Shown: positions 13,667 to 27,033 of the stretch, piece after piece
How positions within the stretch are numbered: the stretch's first letter is position 1
Layout of the letters: each line of letters opens with the position of its first letter
Source of the DNA: Bigelowiella natans CCMP2755
Lineage: Eukaryota > Protista > Cercozoa
Direction: 5' to 3'
NCBI GenBank assembly: GCA_000320545.1
Contig: ADNK01000148.1
Location: 1-56,947 of the forward strand
Length of the DNA: 56,947 nucleotides
Notes under the pieces: model-generated
Seen by the model: only the letters and a program-made list of their open reading frames with translations
Told to the model about the DNA's origin: nothing
Databases searched by the model: none
Position numbers and translations under genes: made by a program

Positions 13667-14415
13667 CAAAGACAGACGCAGACACCCACATCACGATACA
13701 CTTTGCTGATTGGCTCATAATCTCCCTGCACTATGTGAACAATGGATATCCAAATACCTTGACCACCATAGCGTTGCTCCCTGAATTGGACATTTCTTCT
13801 TCAATGTTATTGCAATCCGTCTTCGAGATTCTACAGAGTCCAACTGCCATTCAACCCCGCCATCATAATCCTCGTCGACCTCCACGTCATACGCCAACTC
13901 CCCACTCAAGTAGATATTCTTGTCTAGTTTAATATCCAGCCTCTTCTTATCCTTGCTAACGACTACTTTAACTCTCTTCGACCCGATTCCACTCTCGATC
14001 CAAACTGACAACTGAACTTCTTCTTTATCCTGGGACCAACAATACTTTTCGAACGAATTGCCATTGCGAGAGAGAGAAATGCTTCTAGATTTTATGTCGC
14101 CTTGTTTGTCTTTCTCTTGCTTAGATAGTGTCCCTATCCTAGCCACCGTGGATTCTCCTGTAAAATTACATTTTGTTTCCGCCAGATTCGAAGTAGTAGT
14201 GCAAGGAGATTGGCATTATGCACATATAGCAGGAACTATATGTTAGTGTATTTCGAGTCAGGATGTGACCTACCCGGAGTTCTTTGTTCACCTCCTCCTA
14301 TAGTAACACTGGTTGGCTTTCCTAAATATGTCACATTGGGTCTTCGAGGTTCTTCTTCTTCTTCATCCGACATCTCCGCCACCATTTTGTCCCATTTGGA
14401 ATAGTCCAGCGCCAT
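13210..14415 (-). CDS. CS-domain (p23/NudC/HSP20-like) co-chaperone
   Basis: MALDYSKWD N-terminus; YCWSQDKEEVQLSV…LSGEL…VEWQL…IAITLKKK…LWWSR CS-like core; spliced C-terminus RFFKREEKVDTAKIKDR…AWEEAHKLFRAK|VAKQRPTYIDDDGNVVDVDEKS*. Confidence 0.75.
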
Positions 14416-14804
14416 TCTGAGATTCTCAAGTTGAACCTAAAATGAGAAAAACAGTAGTCAGTAGGCACGATTCCTTTATTCGCGCATTCTCACATCTTTT
14501 CCAGTATGTCCTCCTTGATAATGAGCGCAGCGCTGCACGTGATGCAGCCACAACCCACACAAGCTATTGACCTAATCTATACCTCTTCCTCGCAGGGATG
14601 AGAAGAAGAATAGAAAGAGAAAGGAGAAAATCTCGCAAACTAGCTTATCTCTCACAGAGGTGTTCTGGCCCGAGGAGGGGCACGTACCGCTGAGTGGACC
14701 AAATGTAAGAAAACAGTCAAAATTTAATTCTAAAAACTTCTTGAAGTAATGGTAGAATTTGCAACCATTCGAGCGATGACGAGAGGCGATCATCTCGATC
14801 ACCA

Positions 14805-17800
14805 ATGTCCAGTGATCGTCGCACATCCCGAAAACATCCTACTGGTATTGATTTTATTGTATTCTTCGAATATTTTCATGTCGCAGAACAAAAACGACAC
14901 CGTTTTGCGGGAAGGAAGCTCGGGAAGCCCTTCAGAACACAATGGTGCCAACCAGGGAACGAAAGTTCGATCAACGGCTCGATGGAATCGGAAAAGAATA
15001 AAGGGCTTGAGAGGGTTTTGAGGGTACTTCGAAAGATCAAGGCGAATCCTAACGAGCAGGCCCTTCGAATTTTGAAGACGAATGACTACTATAAAAGTAC
15101 ATCGTTTCTGCATTTTTTTGACTCAATTCTTACGGAAGTATCTCTGTTAAGCTGAAAAGGACCCACGATGGACTCCTCTTGAGCTTCGCGTTCTGAAGAA
15201 GTCCGGCTTTGATGTGCGGTCAAGAAAAGAGGACAAAAAGATACTCTACCTTAAAACGTGCGAATTTCCATTGAAAGGACGAAAGTGTATAAATGTGGAA
15301 CACGCACACACGCATCACGTATTACACAAAGCCAGACAGAGAAACGCAAGTACACACACCGATGCAAAAACAATTTTGAAGAATAAGGCTGAAGAAACTT
15401 AATTCTTTATGTCGAACAGAGCCAAAATCCCTTTGCTCGTAAAGTTTCTTGAGCGCCTTGAAAGGGATTCCCCTGAAGAACGAGCAGACATTGAAGATTT
15501 GGATGAAAAGAACAACGTTACAGAAGCCTCAAGTGACGGGCAATCCGAATCGAGTAAAACAAATTATAGTTCCTGCGACAGGGAGGTAAATTTGCTAATA
15601 TCTAAGAACTTCAGGAAGCGAGCGAGGGAGGCTGAGCGATCGGAAGGCCTTCCCTACTCTTCTAAGACTCAACACACTCTCCCAAAAAACAGCTTTCTCT
15701 CACCATCAAAATCATCTCTGCGCCAAAAACTGTCTCATAGTCCTTCAAAGTCGCCACGACGAAAAGCGATGACACCACCTCCTACCGGATCTAATCTTCC
15801 CTCTCCTTCCAAAACACTCCGGGGTATCCCAGCATCCTCCTATCTCTCTCCATCGAAATCATCTCGCCGCAAAAGGCTATCCTACAGTCCGTCAAAATCA
15901 CCACAACGTAGCAAAGTGAGAACACCTTCTCCTGCTAGGTCTAGTCTTCCTTCTCCTTCCAAAACTCAACGTAGTATCCCAGAATCCTCCTATCTCTCTC
16001 CGTCGAAATCACCTCGACGCAAAAGACTATCCCACAGTCCATCAAAATCACCACAACGCAGCAAAGAGAGGACACCTTCTCCTTCTCAATCGAAGCAAGT
16101 GGGAACATTGTTTACCGGATATAAGGTCCGTATCGTGCCTGGAGGGCTTGATCTAAGTCGCCAGCGCGCGAACATTCTCGAGAACTTGATCAGGCGAAAC
16201 GGCGGCCAGATCATTCGTGGAAACGAAACTGCTTCATACACTAGCAAATGTCGCCAGAATGGAGGAAAAGGCTATGGAGCTATGAAAGCAGCAGCAGGAG
16301 GAGAAGGGGGAGGAGGGGGGGGTTCCACCTTCATCCTTGTGGTGTCGCGTAATCTTCGAGATGGGCTTGTGCCAAAGAAATTGGTTACCGCTGCGTCACG
16401 AATTGTGTCTCCGGATTGGGTCTCGTCCTGCCTCTCTGGAAAGTCTAAGCCCAGCGATACGTTCTATGACCGTAAAATACAACTCTTCCACAAAAGTAGC
16501 AAAATCTCGCAAGGAAGGAAGGGAAACAAGGGTACTAGGGAAGTTGCAAACAGCAGTGACGCTAAGAGCGGAATTGCTTGCAGTAGCAGCGTGACTGCGA
16601 CAGGAAAGGGGCCACAGGATAGTGGAAGTCCGTTCTTTCTGATACCGATGGAGAAGCCAGAGAATCTGCATTCATTGGAGGAGTTCAAGTCTAAGCTTTC
16701 GAACGTACGGCCATGGGTGGAGAATGTAAAGGGAAAGCTTGCTTGCCAAAGGTATAGTTCTATCATGTCAGGGCACCTCTATTCGCACGCTATAACAGAC
16801 ACATATACATTAACGTACAATAAATAGTTGCCTTTGTAGTGAGCGAGTGAGTGTGTAGTCGTGCAAGTTGTCCAAAGATGCACTGAATTCATGCCGCCTC
16901 TACAGTAATCTTGGTCTATACAAGAACCATGGTGTAAATGCTAACGAGCACATCACAAAAGTTCTCAAGCATTTAATGGAAATCTACGAAGCGCTGGCTC
17001 ACGCCCCGCTATATACGGATGGGGGAGGACGGTGCGTATCCTCCTGACACACAACATCGACAACGAAACTCTTACAACCACCCTTCCCCTTTCTGTAAGA
17101 AGCACAGTGATTAAGCATAGTCATCATCTATCGTAGGAAGTCTAAGGGGAACGAATACTACTGGAAGGTCAGTCGTTAATGAATGCTAGAGGTGTAGCAA
17201 TGTAAGAGCGGATCCGATCGTAGAACAAAATTTTTGTCATCTAATTTATATAACAACAACAACGACGACAACAACTATTACTACCTCTACGACAGCCAGC
17301 ACACAATGCCTTCCTTCTAGGTGTTCTCCATGAAAAAGGTAATCGGGTTTCTGGAACACCACAGCAAGCCATTGCGTACGCTCGAGGACCTAGAGGATTT
17401 CAAGGTTATTAGAAAGGAGAAACTTAATCATCCTTTAGTGGTGGAGAGATCAATGACGTGGAGCATTAGAATGGGTGCAAATCGATATGATTTTACTATA
17501 ATAATGCATTTTCATATTCACACACACACACACATACACACACACACACACATGCGCATGTTTATGTTCTCGCTTATTTTCCCCTCAGAAGGAGTTCCGC
17601 AATGGTGGCAAGAAGGGACGTAAAGGAATCGGAAAGAAGACATGGGACAAAATAGGGGAAATCGTACAATATGGGAAGTAATGAGGCGGTAGCTAGCTAG
17701 CTGTGGCAGGGTGTAGTAGTGGCGAAATAACACACACTTTTCCTCCTGCACGTGTTCTTAGTAAGCTGTTTTTTGTAATAGACTGCAAAGGATCGAGTCC

Positions 17801-18061
17801 TTAAAAAGTGACCCGAAAATACGTACAGTGCTAGAATTCAACAAGGTGTTTCTTAGCATAGCATCATGATCTGGAACAGCACAGCTCATCCATTTTCCTG
17901 GGCTTTCCCCCTCGGATTCTGATCGGTTGTTAGGCAGTTATGATTCTTTGTCTTAATAGATCTGGGGAGTGGGGGCGGCCACTGCTGGAAACCTCTGGAA
18001 GAAAGGATTTCGCTCGATCTATGATCTTCGCTCAAGGGTATTAATATATCGCTCAGACAAG

Positions 18062-18120
<59 letters not shown>

Positions 18121-18194
18121 TGTATGCGCCTTGCTCCATCATTACACTTTCTTCTGCATATGTATTCAACACGCACAAAGAAACACTCACGCAA

Positions 18195-18237
<43 letters not shown>

Positions 18238-18650
18238 ATTGTCCGAAGAAAGGGGGGAGAATCTATTGATAACGAAGAACAATGAGAAATCAAATCACAG
18301 GTGGGTATGGCGGGCCTCAACAGCAATCAAAGGGTGTAGCAGCAGTTACATAGTCACCATTAATCGTCGTCGTCATCATCATCACCATCATAATCAATGG
18401 TTCCCCTTTAGATAGGAAATAGTACTCCTCACGAACAGACGCCCCTTCCTCGTATTGTTATGTGTGCTAGGTGACATCATCATGACCACCCTCATATAGC
18501 GACGATGCATTTACTAAATGTATTTACTATATGTATCACAGATCGGTCTCAAGCATTATGAAGAGCTACAAATGCGAATACCAAGGAGTGAGGTTAGAAG
18601 AGAAAATTTGACACGAACGAATCACGTACAGAAGCGCATTAGTAACTCTT

Positions 18651-18692
<42 letters not shown>

Positions 18693-18734
18693 CATTCTCC
18701 CTTTCATTCTCGCTCCGTATATCTATATTAAACT

Positions 18735-18802
<68 letters not shown>

Positions 18803-18906
18803 GTTTAGGTGGAGGAGATCGAAGCGGTTGTTCGCCAGGAAGCTGAAAAACTTCTTCCAGGGGTATCATGTACAAATTATTCGCGATGTTATACACACAC
18901 ATACAC

Positions 18907-18964
<58 letters not shown>

Positions 18965-19805
18965 ACATATATAATATTTTTCATATATCAATAATTATTC
19001 TATGTGATTTGATATATTCCAGATCACACTGGTGACGTGTGGGAGCTACAGACGGGGAGCACCTTCAAGCGGAGATGTGGTGATAGTGATACTTACCTTT
19101 AGGGGATATCTCAATATGATAACAGTGCATGTGTTTATTATATGTTGTAAGCAAGTTGGCTGTCATCCCTTATCATGATCATGTGTTGTTTCTACTTTTC
19201 GCGTAGGACATTCTCATGAGTCATTCGAAGGGAAAAGAGCGTCTCCTTGGGTAGGACAACCCAAAACCCATCGAGCCACACACACTGCCAACACATACAA
19301 CAATACAGACACCATATACACTTTTTGTGTGTGGAGCTCTATTCATCACTGTTCTCGCTTTTCTACTGGATGCGAACAGAGACTTCCTTCCTGAGCTTGT
19401 GCTGCGCCTCAAAGCTAGCGGTTTCGTCACCGATGAGCTAAGCAACTCGTTCCACCACCATACAAAGTATTTTGCTCAAACGTCGTGATGACTAAATATG
19501 ACGGGTAGACGGGAGGGCTAAGGAATGCCTGCATCATGATTAGCTGTACCCATGTGTGTTGCAGCGAATTAGCAATCAGAGGAGTTCCTCACTCATCACG
19601 AACTTCTCCGATTTCTCTTACCCCCCTGCTTCTTACATACACCATATTTATGTGCAGAAGGAAGCATGAGAACAAGACTTGCTTTGCAGTATGCAAGTTG
19701 CCGGGGGCGGGTGGGAAGACGCGTATTCACCGTCGTTTGGACCTTAAGGTTATGAGCTGTATTTGTGATGGGGCGTACAAGTGTTGGTGGTGATTGTTGT
19801 TCGAG

Positions 19806-19848
<43 letters not shown>

Positions 19849-20550
19849 CCTATTACGTCTTGCCATCTTTTTTCTCTGTCTCTGTCACTCTCTCTCTCTC
19901 TCTCTCTCTTTTCTATCTGTGTGTGTGTGTGTGTGTGTGCGTGTGTGTGTGTGTCCATCATTATCATCATCCTTATCCTCATCATTATTATGTAATTTAT
20001 CATCTGAGCAGGTATATCCTCGCGAAAACTTCGCCTTCGCAATCTTATATTTTACGGGGTCCGATCACTTCAACCGGAGCATGCGTTGGTAGTTACTCCC
20101 CGTCGTCCCCACACCTGCACTCGCCACATTGTTTATAGCTATTCATCCTGCCCCTTACTTCCACCGCATGTTGTGGTGGCACGTTTCTCCGAAAAGAGAA
20201 ACAATGAATGTTGTTCTGCTTGATGATGACCACATCGTCATCATCATTATCATCTCATCATGTTTCTCCTCTTTTGATACAGGTACGCGCATAAGATGGG
20301 TTTGACACTATCTGACCATGGTCTATCCCGAGCTATACGTCACAACAGGGAAAAGGTGTGGGAAGGGCCATCAGTATTCTGCGAAACGGAGCAGGATATC
20401 TTTCAAGCCCTTGGCCTGCAATACGTGGAACCATGGAGAAGAAACGTACAGGGTACGGCCCCGCGAAGTAATAATTCTCCATCGGAGTCAAGGAGTGCGA
20501 ACGATATGATCGCGAAATCATCGGGGATTAAGTTTGAAGATACGCCGTAA
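14805..20550 (+). CDS. POLL: Family X DNA polymerase, Pol lambda type, with BRCT domain and long S/P-rich N-terminal extension
   Basis: BRCT (FTGYKVRIV…LIRRNGGQI…PDWVSSCL), HhH GIGKKTWDKI (~17630), IWGVGAATA (~17960), IGLKHYEELQMRIPRSE, GSYRRG…GDV|DIL (catalytic DxD split by an intron), HRRLDLK, YFTGSDHFNRSMR, GLTLSDHGL, EQDIFQALGLQYVEP. Confidence 0.95.
15697..16090. repeat. 147-nt (49-aa) coding repeat x~2.7, SPSK-rich, in the Pol lambda N-terminus
   Basis: LSPSKS units start at 15697, 15844 and 15991. Confidence 0.9.
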
Positions 20551-21209
20551 TGATCAGAAAATAAATCAATGGAAGAAATACATGAAAGACCTCCGTACAT
20601 TACCAGGCGCCACATGTTCTCCTATGAAGGAATTACTGCACCTGTCTACCGCATACTTAGTCAATTTGCTCCGCCATCGTCTTTGAAAGATTAATAATAG
20701 TAAATGCAGAACTACGGCTGCTAGCTAAACATGCGCGCTTTCTTGTGCCCCGCGTAACGCATTGGTAGCCATGGATACAATTTGTAAAACTTAATGCTAT
20801 TTCACTATTTTTATCACATTTAGAAATCTAGGAATGCGCTCGCACTGGTGGTGCAGTCTTGCAGGCGCGCGTTCAGCTGCACATCTAGACCAACACGTCT
20901 AGACGTTGACAACGCGATTTTTAAGTATAAAATGCCGACACAGCCATGCTAGCATGCTAGCATGCTTCGATCAACAGTAGATATATAGCTGGATAGATGT
21001 GATATCTAGCTAGCTAGATATGTGTAAGTCAGGCGGCACACTAAGACAAATCAATGTCATCTCATCTTGTTATTACCAATTTGTAAGAACAATATCTTAT
21101 GGTAGAACACACTACATAATGTAGCGTGAAAAGCCTAATAACATCTAGACATCTAGACATCTAGACATGCAATACTAGATTACTTGGCTTGTTACAGCCA
21201 GTATATGGA

Positions 21210-21627
21210 TTAACCTGAAAAGCTTGACTCTGATTGGGAGTTCTTTATTGTTCCTCGCATGTCAGCAAATCTTCGCCCAGTCACTTGAGACACCTTCAAA
21301 TTTAATTTTTATACGCTTAGAATCTGTTCAACAATAATAGAGACAGCGCAACCATATCGATTGCTCGTTTTTCATTCCTCCATGATCGACTGATGATCGC
21401 CATATGTCTGGAGTAACATTGAGAATATACCAAGGAGACACAAACTATTATCATTTTGTGAGCAGTTGCGTTTTGATACATTTTAAGGGGTTGTCATAGG
21501 CATATGCGCGCGCGCGCGCACACACACACACACAAGTACCCCATTTATTATGCTACATACCATATCCATCATTTTTCTCGCATACATGAGAAATAGTAAT
21601 TAATTTATCGCAGAAATAGCACGTTTG

Positions 21628-21666
<39 letters not shown>

Positions 21667-23085
21667 TCATAGCGACCGGGGTCCCTTTGTATTAGTTTCC
21701 AACGAATCGAAGAATATGAATACAAGAGCTTCCTGCTGTATCCTCCGAAGCATGCCCCCCCTCCCTCCCATCACTGCCGAGTATTCCTTAATGAAGAAAC
21801 AAGAGAGGGCATTTTGAAGGAAATCAGTTACTTATGAACACTCACACGTTCGAAGAAAGAGAATAAGACAGATAGGGAATGCGATAGAGGGGGGGGGGGG
21901 AGAGAAACGTGCGATATCCAGTGAGAAGGTTTCTTGATGATAATATCATGATCACCGTGCATACGGGTAGGTGAATGTACCGTATCTGTAAGAGTCAGGA
22001 CAACTGAGTCCGGCCGATTTGCAATACCTCCGAACGACTTTCCTGCATAGCGATCTGCCACAAGAAGATGAAGAAAAGCCAAATAAAACCAGATTCATCA
22101 TCATCATCATATCATCGCCATAAACACAAAGTCTTTGTCATATCAAAATCCAGTAATACACATGGGTATATGTTTAGAAATATATATAAGCAAAGGTGTG
22201 CCTTCCCGCAAACAGGACGCGACTAAGTATACTCATCACTAGGATGTAAATTACTTGTTTTTTGCTTGAGCATAATACTAATGGCTAGCTTAGCCCGTCC
22301 CACCGCTTGTTCCGGCCCTCTTATGGTCAAAAGCTATTGCAAACAGCCATTGAGTATATTCAGTTAGCATTTGTGGTGTAAATCAGTGTACACAGCTGAT
22401 CAGATCAGCACCTGTTGCGACTTAGAAAAGTAGAGCCTCGCTCCAGAAAAATCTTCTAGGAACTCTTTGGTTTCCCCTCCTTTGCCGAGCAAGTATCCGA
22501 AGCATCCCTCTGAAAATTTGGAACGTGGTGTGATTAGCTGTGAGAGGAGAGATTTTAAACCTCCCAAGTAGACGGCTATGCAGGAATTTTCAGGGAACAA
22601 ATCGACTCGAATTGTACACCTTTGATTCTCATCTCCGCAAAATAGTCATCTTCTCTTGAGTGGGCCCGACGATGTCGCCTCCTACTGATCGACCGTCTTC
22701 GCATTCTTCTCCGAATATGATCCATCCTTCTAGAGGATGATCGTGAGTAGCTACGCCGATAATTGTGGCGGCTATGTCGTAGTGTTTGAAGTCTATCCTC
22801 CTTTCGATTCTGAACAACGAACGGTGAGAGTAAAACGGACGGACATCTAGTAATTATATTCATAACCAACATGCATCTTTTATCTCCCTTCCATCTGTTC
22901 ATAGTGTGTTGATGTGCGACTAAGTGTGATTTCGATATCTGCAGCATTATGTGACAGAGCACGAACTTGTCCAGCGAGCAGTACGGTATCGCCAGACCAA
23001 CGAAGGCGATCAGGGAGCCATTCAGAGATGAGAATAATTACAGTTACTCCAATTAGCAGTGCTCGGTTCATTGACCCTCATCATG
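21210..23085 (-). CDS. KH-domain RNA-binding protein with RS-rich N-terminal segment (two KH-like repeats)
   Basis: RRSYSRSSSRR…RRSISRRRHRR then FAEMRIK|EGCFGYLLGKGGETKEFLEDFSGARLYF…|LTIRGPEQAVGRAKLAISIML (KH with GKGG loop). Second repeat SVVLTLTDT|EYSAVMGGRGGMLRRIQQEALVFIF. Termini uncertain. Confidence 0.65.
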
Positions 23086-23908
23086 ATGCCCCCCCCATGC
23101 GGGCAGCTGTGACTTACAACTGCGGAGAAGGGAGTTGTGATACAGACTTCGGAACCTCGACAACAAGTTTCAGTCCTGATGAGGCATATCGTGAATTTTC
23201 AAAAATTTAAAAATTAAGATGTTCCTTTCATACGATATAGACTATCCTTTGTCGCACAAGGAAATCAAAGGTATTTACCCACTTTCTCCCATCGGACTTC
23301 TGGATGAAATGTCGGGAACGTTCTACTTTGTAAGAGCTTACAGTCCAAAACCCAGTGCTTGATGACCCAATATTTTCCGATTATCTAGATTATTTGTGTT
23401 ATTCTTCATGTCGCAACTTAAAATTCACCGAAGTATTATTAAGATAAGATTTCCTGTACCTCAACGCGAGCATCTACGTTCATCTGCATCAACAGAACGG
23501 ACAGGGGACTTGGGCTTAACGGCGATGGGATGGCGGCCGGCGCTTGTGCGGGTTTGTGCACGCCCTTCTCTGTTATTGCCAGCGCAGGGAAGGGTTCGAC
23601 TTGTAGACCATATTTTCTCTTGTGGGGTCCTTCCTTTCCCCGTTCAAAGGAGCTATCTGTGCAATGTTGAGAATCGTAGCCGGCATTGCTGACGATTCCT
23701 TATCGCTCAATTCAAATTGCTCTTTGGCTGCGACTAGCTGCTGTAGATCCTATTTGGATGATATATTATATCCGGTCAGGAAAAGGCTGTCCTGCTCCTC
23801 GTCGCTATGTGTAGTCTGATGTTCTACGACATATTCAAACATTCCTTATCGCCGAATCTTCCCCCGTGGTCAGGGAGTATCTAACAAGCTGTAAATCATT
23901 TTTTTTAA

Positions 23909-24348
23909 ATGATATGTTCAATAATAATGAAAGCGGCGATAATTATTGTTCTCGTTGTTGCTGTTTTCATTGCAACTTCCAGCAAATCCATGGTATTTTA
24001 TGAAGGCTCGTCAGAAAGGCTATTGAACGATGCCGCGAATGAATATTCTTCCTCATCAACTCCACGGATGAATCAACCAAAACCAAGCGATGATGTTGTC
24101 AAAAAACATCCTACGAGTCTTGGAGAGGACGAAAGGCTTCTGATCAAATATATCGAAAGCATGCAGTATCCATCCTCCTGCACAGGAAGGACCTTTGCCA
24201 GATGGCCAGGGGGGTTCTCAGGCTACGGCTCACAGGCATGCTTCAATATCTCTTCGTGCCTTTTATCCTTTCAACAAATCATTTTATTCGAACTAAACAC
24301 ATACCCTGAAGGGCTTTCTGCGTTTGCCAAGAAGCACGGGCGCGCGCG

Positions 24349-24379
<31 letters not shown>

Positions 24380-24749
24380 GCTTTGATTTTAAGAAAGTTG
24401 ACCCATTCTTACTTCTCTCTTCTTCTCTATTCTCCTTCCCTCTGATAGATTGGAATTCTGGTGCGTAGCCTGGTGAACGGTCTCCTGACAGGACACACGA
24501 CTGTCGTAGGGCCCGGCTATCACGGCAAACATCCATATGTCTCAAAGAAGCGCTGTCCGAAGCGTACCATCACCGGGTGTGTGTATCGGGAGCTTTCTAA
24601 TTGTACAGCGAGGCAGGGACGGAACGCAAACTTGGATGCTGAAGATTGCACCGGGTGGACTCAGACTGCCTTCGATGACCTGGGAAGGCGGGCGGGTTTG
24701 AAGAGTAGCCACTCTAAGATATGGTGCGATGAGGAGGATTTCGGAGTGC

Positions 24750-24804
<55 letters not shown>

Positions 24805-25748
24805 TGTGTTTATCTTCTATTTTTCGAGTTCTTTCTCATTTTTTTCCTTCTCACATGTATATTTTGGGTGGGTGAGGTCCTTCGAGCATGTGAAGCAAAG
24901 CTAACGTATGAGAAGTGGCCTTTTATTCCCACTTGAACGATCATGGAAGAATTTGATGGTCTCTAAAGCACATGTAGTGCGCCGTGTCCTCCACGTTGGC
25001 TGTTCTTGCCAAATCGTACGACTAGAAATTGTTGTTATATATTTACGATGAGAGCAAAACGGACAAATACACTCTTCAGGTACTTCACTCGCATTTTACG
25101 TTGGCTCATGACCCCAAATGAGGACTTGCAGAAACACATCGATATTTTCCGCGAGAAGTTCTTCCCTCGCATCTCTGGCGAGAAGAGCTTGTGCGTGCAT
25201 GTCAGACATGGCGACCGAAAAGAGTCCAAGCAATACCCTGACGAGCAGTAATAATTAATCAACATTGAAAATGAGTGTTTACGTGAAGAACACAGGGAAA
25301 CAACTCATAAATTATTCTGGGATAACCATACGTGAATGAGCGAGCGGCCTCAACACATATAATATAAACTAAGGAAGATAACGATCATAAACAGCCGCAA
25401 AAGTGTTCGTTCGCACACGGTGCAGTCACCCTTGGAGTTTGAAATGATAAAGTAAGTAACCCCTAATTCATTCAGGTACGCCGCCATTGTGAATCAAGCC
25501 ATTTACACGCACGGATTCAACCGAATATACTTAATGAGCGATGATCCAGAGAGCTACAAAAACCTCCGAGCGCTCATTCGGCCCCCAATATCGACGATTC
25601 CTCAGGAGTACTTTGCCGTCGTGAACTACACTGGAAATCGCCAGCATGCCGCCAACATTGTGTGGGAACGCCAAAAGTAGTCTACTACTAATGTATGAAA
25701 GAGGAGAGAAGTCTGTGACTAATTCATTAATTTGAATTCGAAAATATT

Positions 25749-25789
<41 letters not shown>

Positions 25790-26105
25790 ATATGATCCCG
25801 AAAAGGGCGTGAGCTGGGACGAAGCGTTGCTTTTTTCCGCTATCTTTGAGCTCTGGATCGAGAATTGCGAAGGGTTGATAGGCAACTTTAAGAGCAGCTT
25901 TCCGTCAATCATGTTCTTCCTAAGACTTGCGGACTCTCCCTTCGAATTTCACTACGATATGGACAAGGGGGGTACGCCATCTTTATGCCTGAACCACATG
26001 GCCCCACTCCCCATGGGTCACATCACAGACATTCATGGTGTAAAGATCTTGGGGAATAGCAGCACGGGCTGGAAATCCAAGCCATTGTGGTTGGGTGAAT
26101 GGTAG
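23909..26105 (+). CDS. GT23-like (FUT8/NodZ-type) alpha-1,6-fucosyltransferase, type II membrane protein
   Basis: N-terminal hydrophobic anchor (AAIIIVLVVAVFIA); MQYPSSC…GFSGYGSQ; CVHVRHGDRK donor-binding motif (~25195); IYLMSDDP (~25525); CEGLIGNFKSS. Confidence 0.75.
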
Positions 26106-27033
26106 TGTTAGTTCTAGTGGTAGTAGTAGTAGTAGTAGTAGTAGTAGTTATTATCTGCATAGCAATGGCTGGGAATCTTCAAAACATCCAGTGTCCATCG
26201 CTATTTAGATGTTTCGAATAAGTTGGGTGTAGCACGCACCCAAATTAATTTTACAATTGCCTTGATGTTATTTAATTCATAACTAGTAATACGTCACAAA
26301 GCTCTGGCTGTCGATATGCCAGGCGAGTTCAATGTTATTATGTCGCGCATTACATAAAAATCCATGTCGCGCATTACTGGTTTACATGAAAATCCATTGA
26401 GATTTGAAATTGCACGAACTGAGCGAATGTGCTTTTTTGCTCTACTAAATGCCTAGCAGGGCGAATTTGCTTCTTTCGAACATGGCAGAAAGATCAAAGC
26501 AGCTGCACTGTGGCTAGATGCGTGCATGATCATGCAGCAAATTTTAACATGGGTCTTGCTGTTACTATCTAGCTATGTCCCTGTGTGGAACCATGCTGAT
26601 CTAATTCAGTGAGCTTGGGACCAACTAGCTCAAGCTGCCAGCCGTGTACGCACATGCATACATGCACACATTAATTCATGAGCTATTGCATAATCATAAA
26701 TACATTTATCTAACATGTAAGATAGCCAAAGTTTTAGGAACAACAAGATGTAACAATATCTGATGGTGTTTGTGAGTACCTAAAGGTGATAACATACTGA
26801 AATCTGCATTGCGTGCACTACGTGAAACAAAACCCTAGATACAGTACTGAAGCTAGAGTGAGGTATCGGAATCCAAAGAACCACCAGACAGCTAGGGCTC
26901 CTATGTGGATATAAAGCATACATTCACATTTACAACCGCAATGCCCAATGCTAGCAAGGAAAACAGAGAACATCTGAAGAATGATATTGTAGTATATACA
27001 TACGCCTTCTCATTAACCAACCTGCCCCATAGA

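Noticed and set aside
26840-27030. Possible C-terminal TM anchor exon for the kinase (ALAVWWFLWIP)
   Set aside because: The simplest splice gives a stop at 27034 before it; no in-frame path found.
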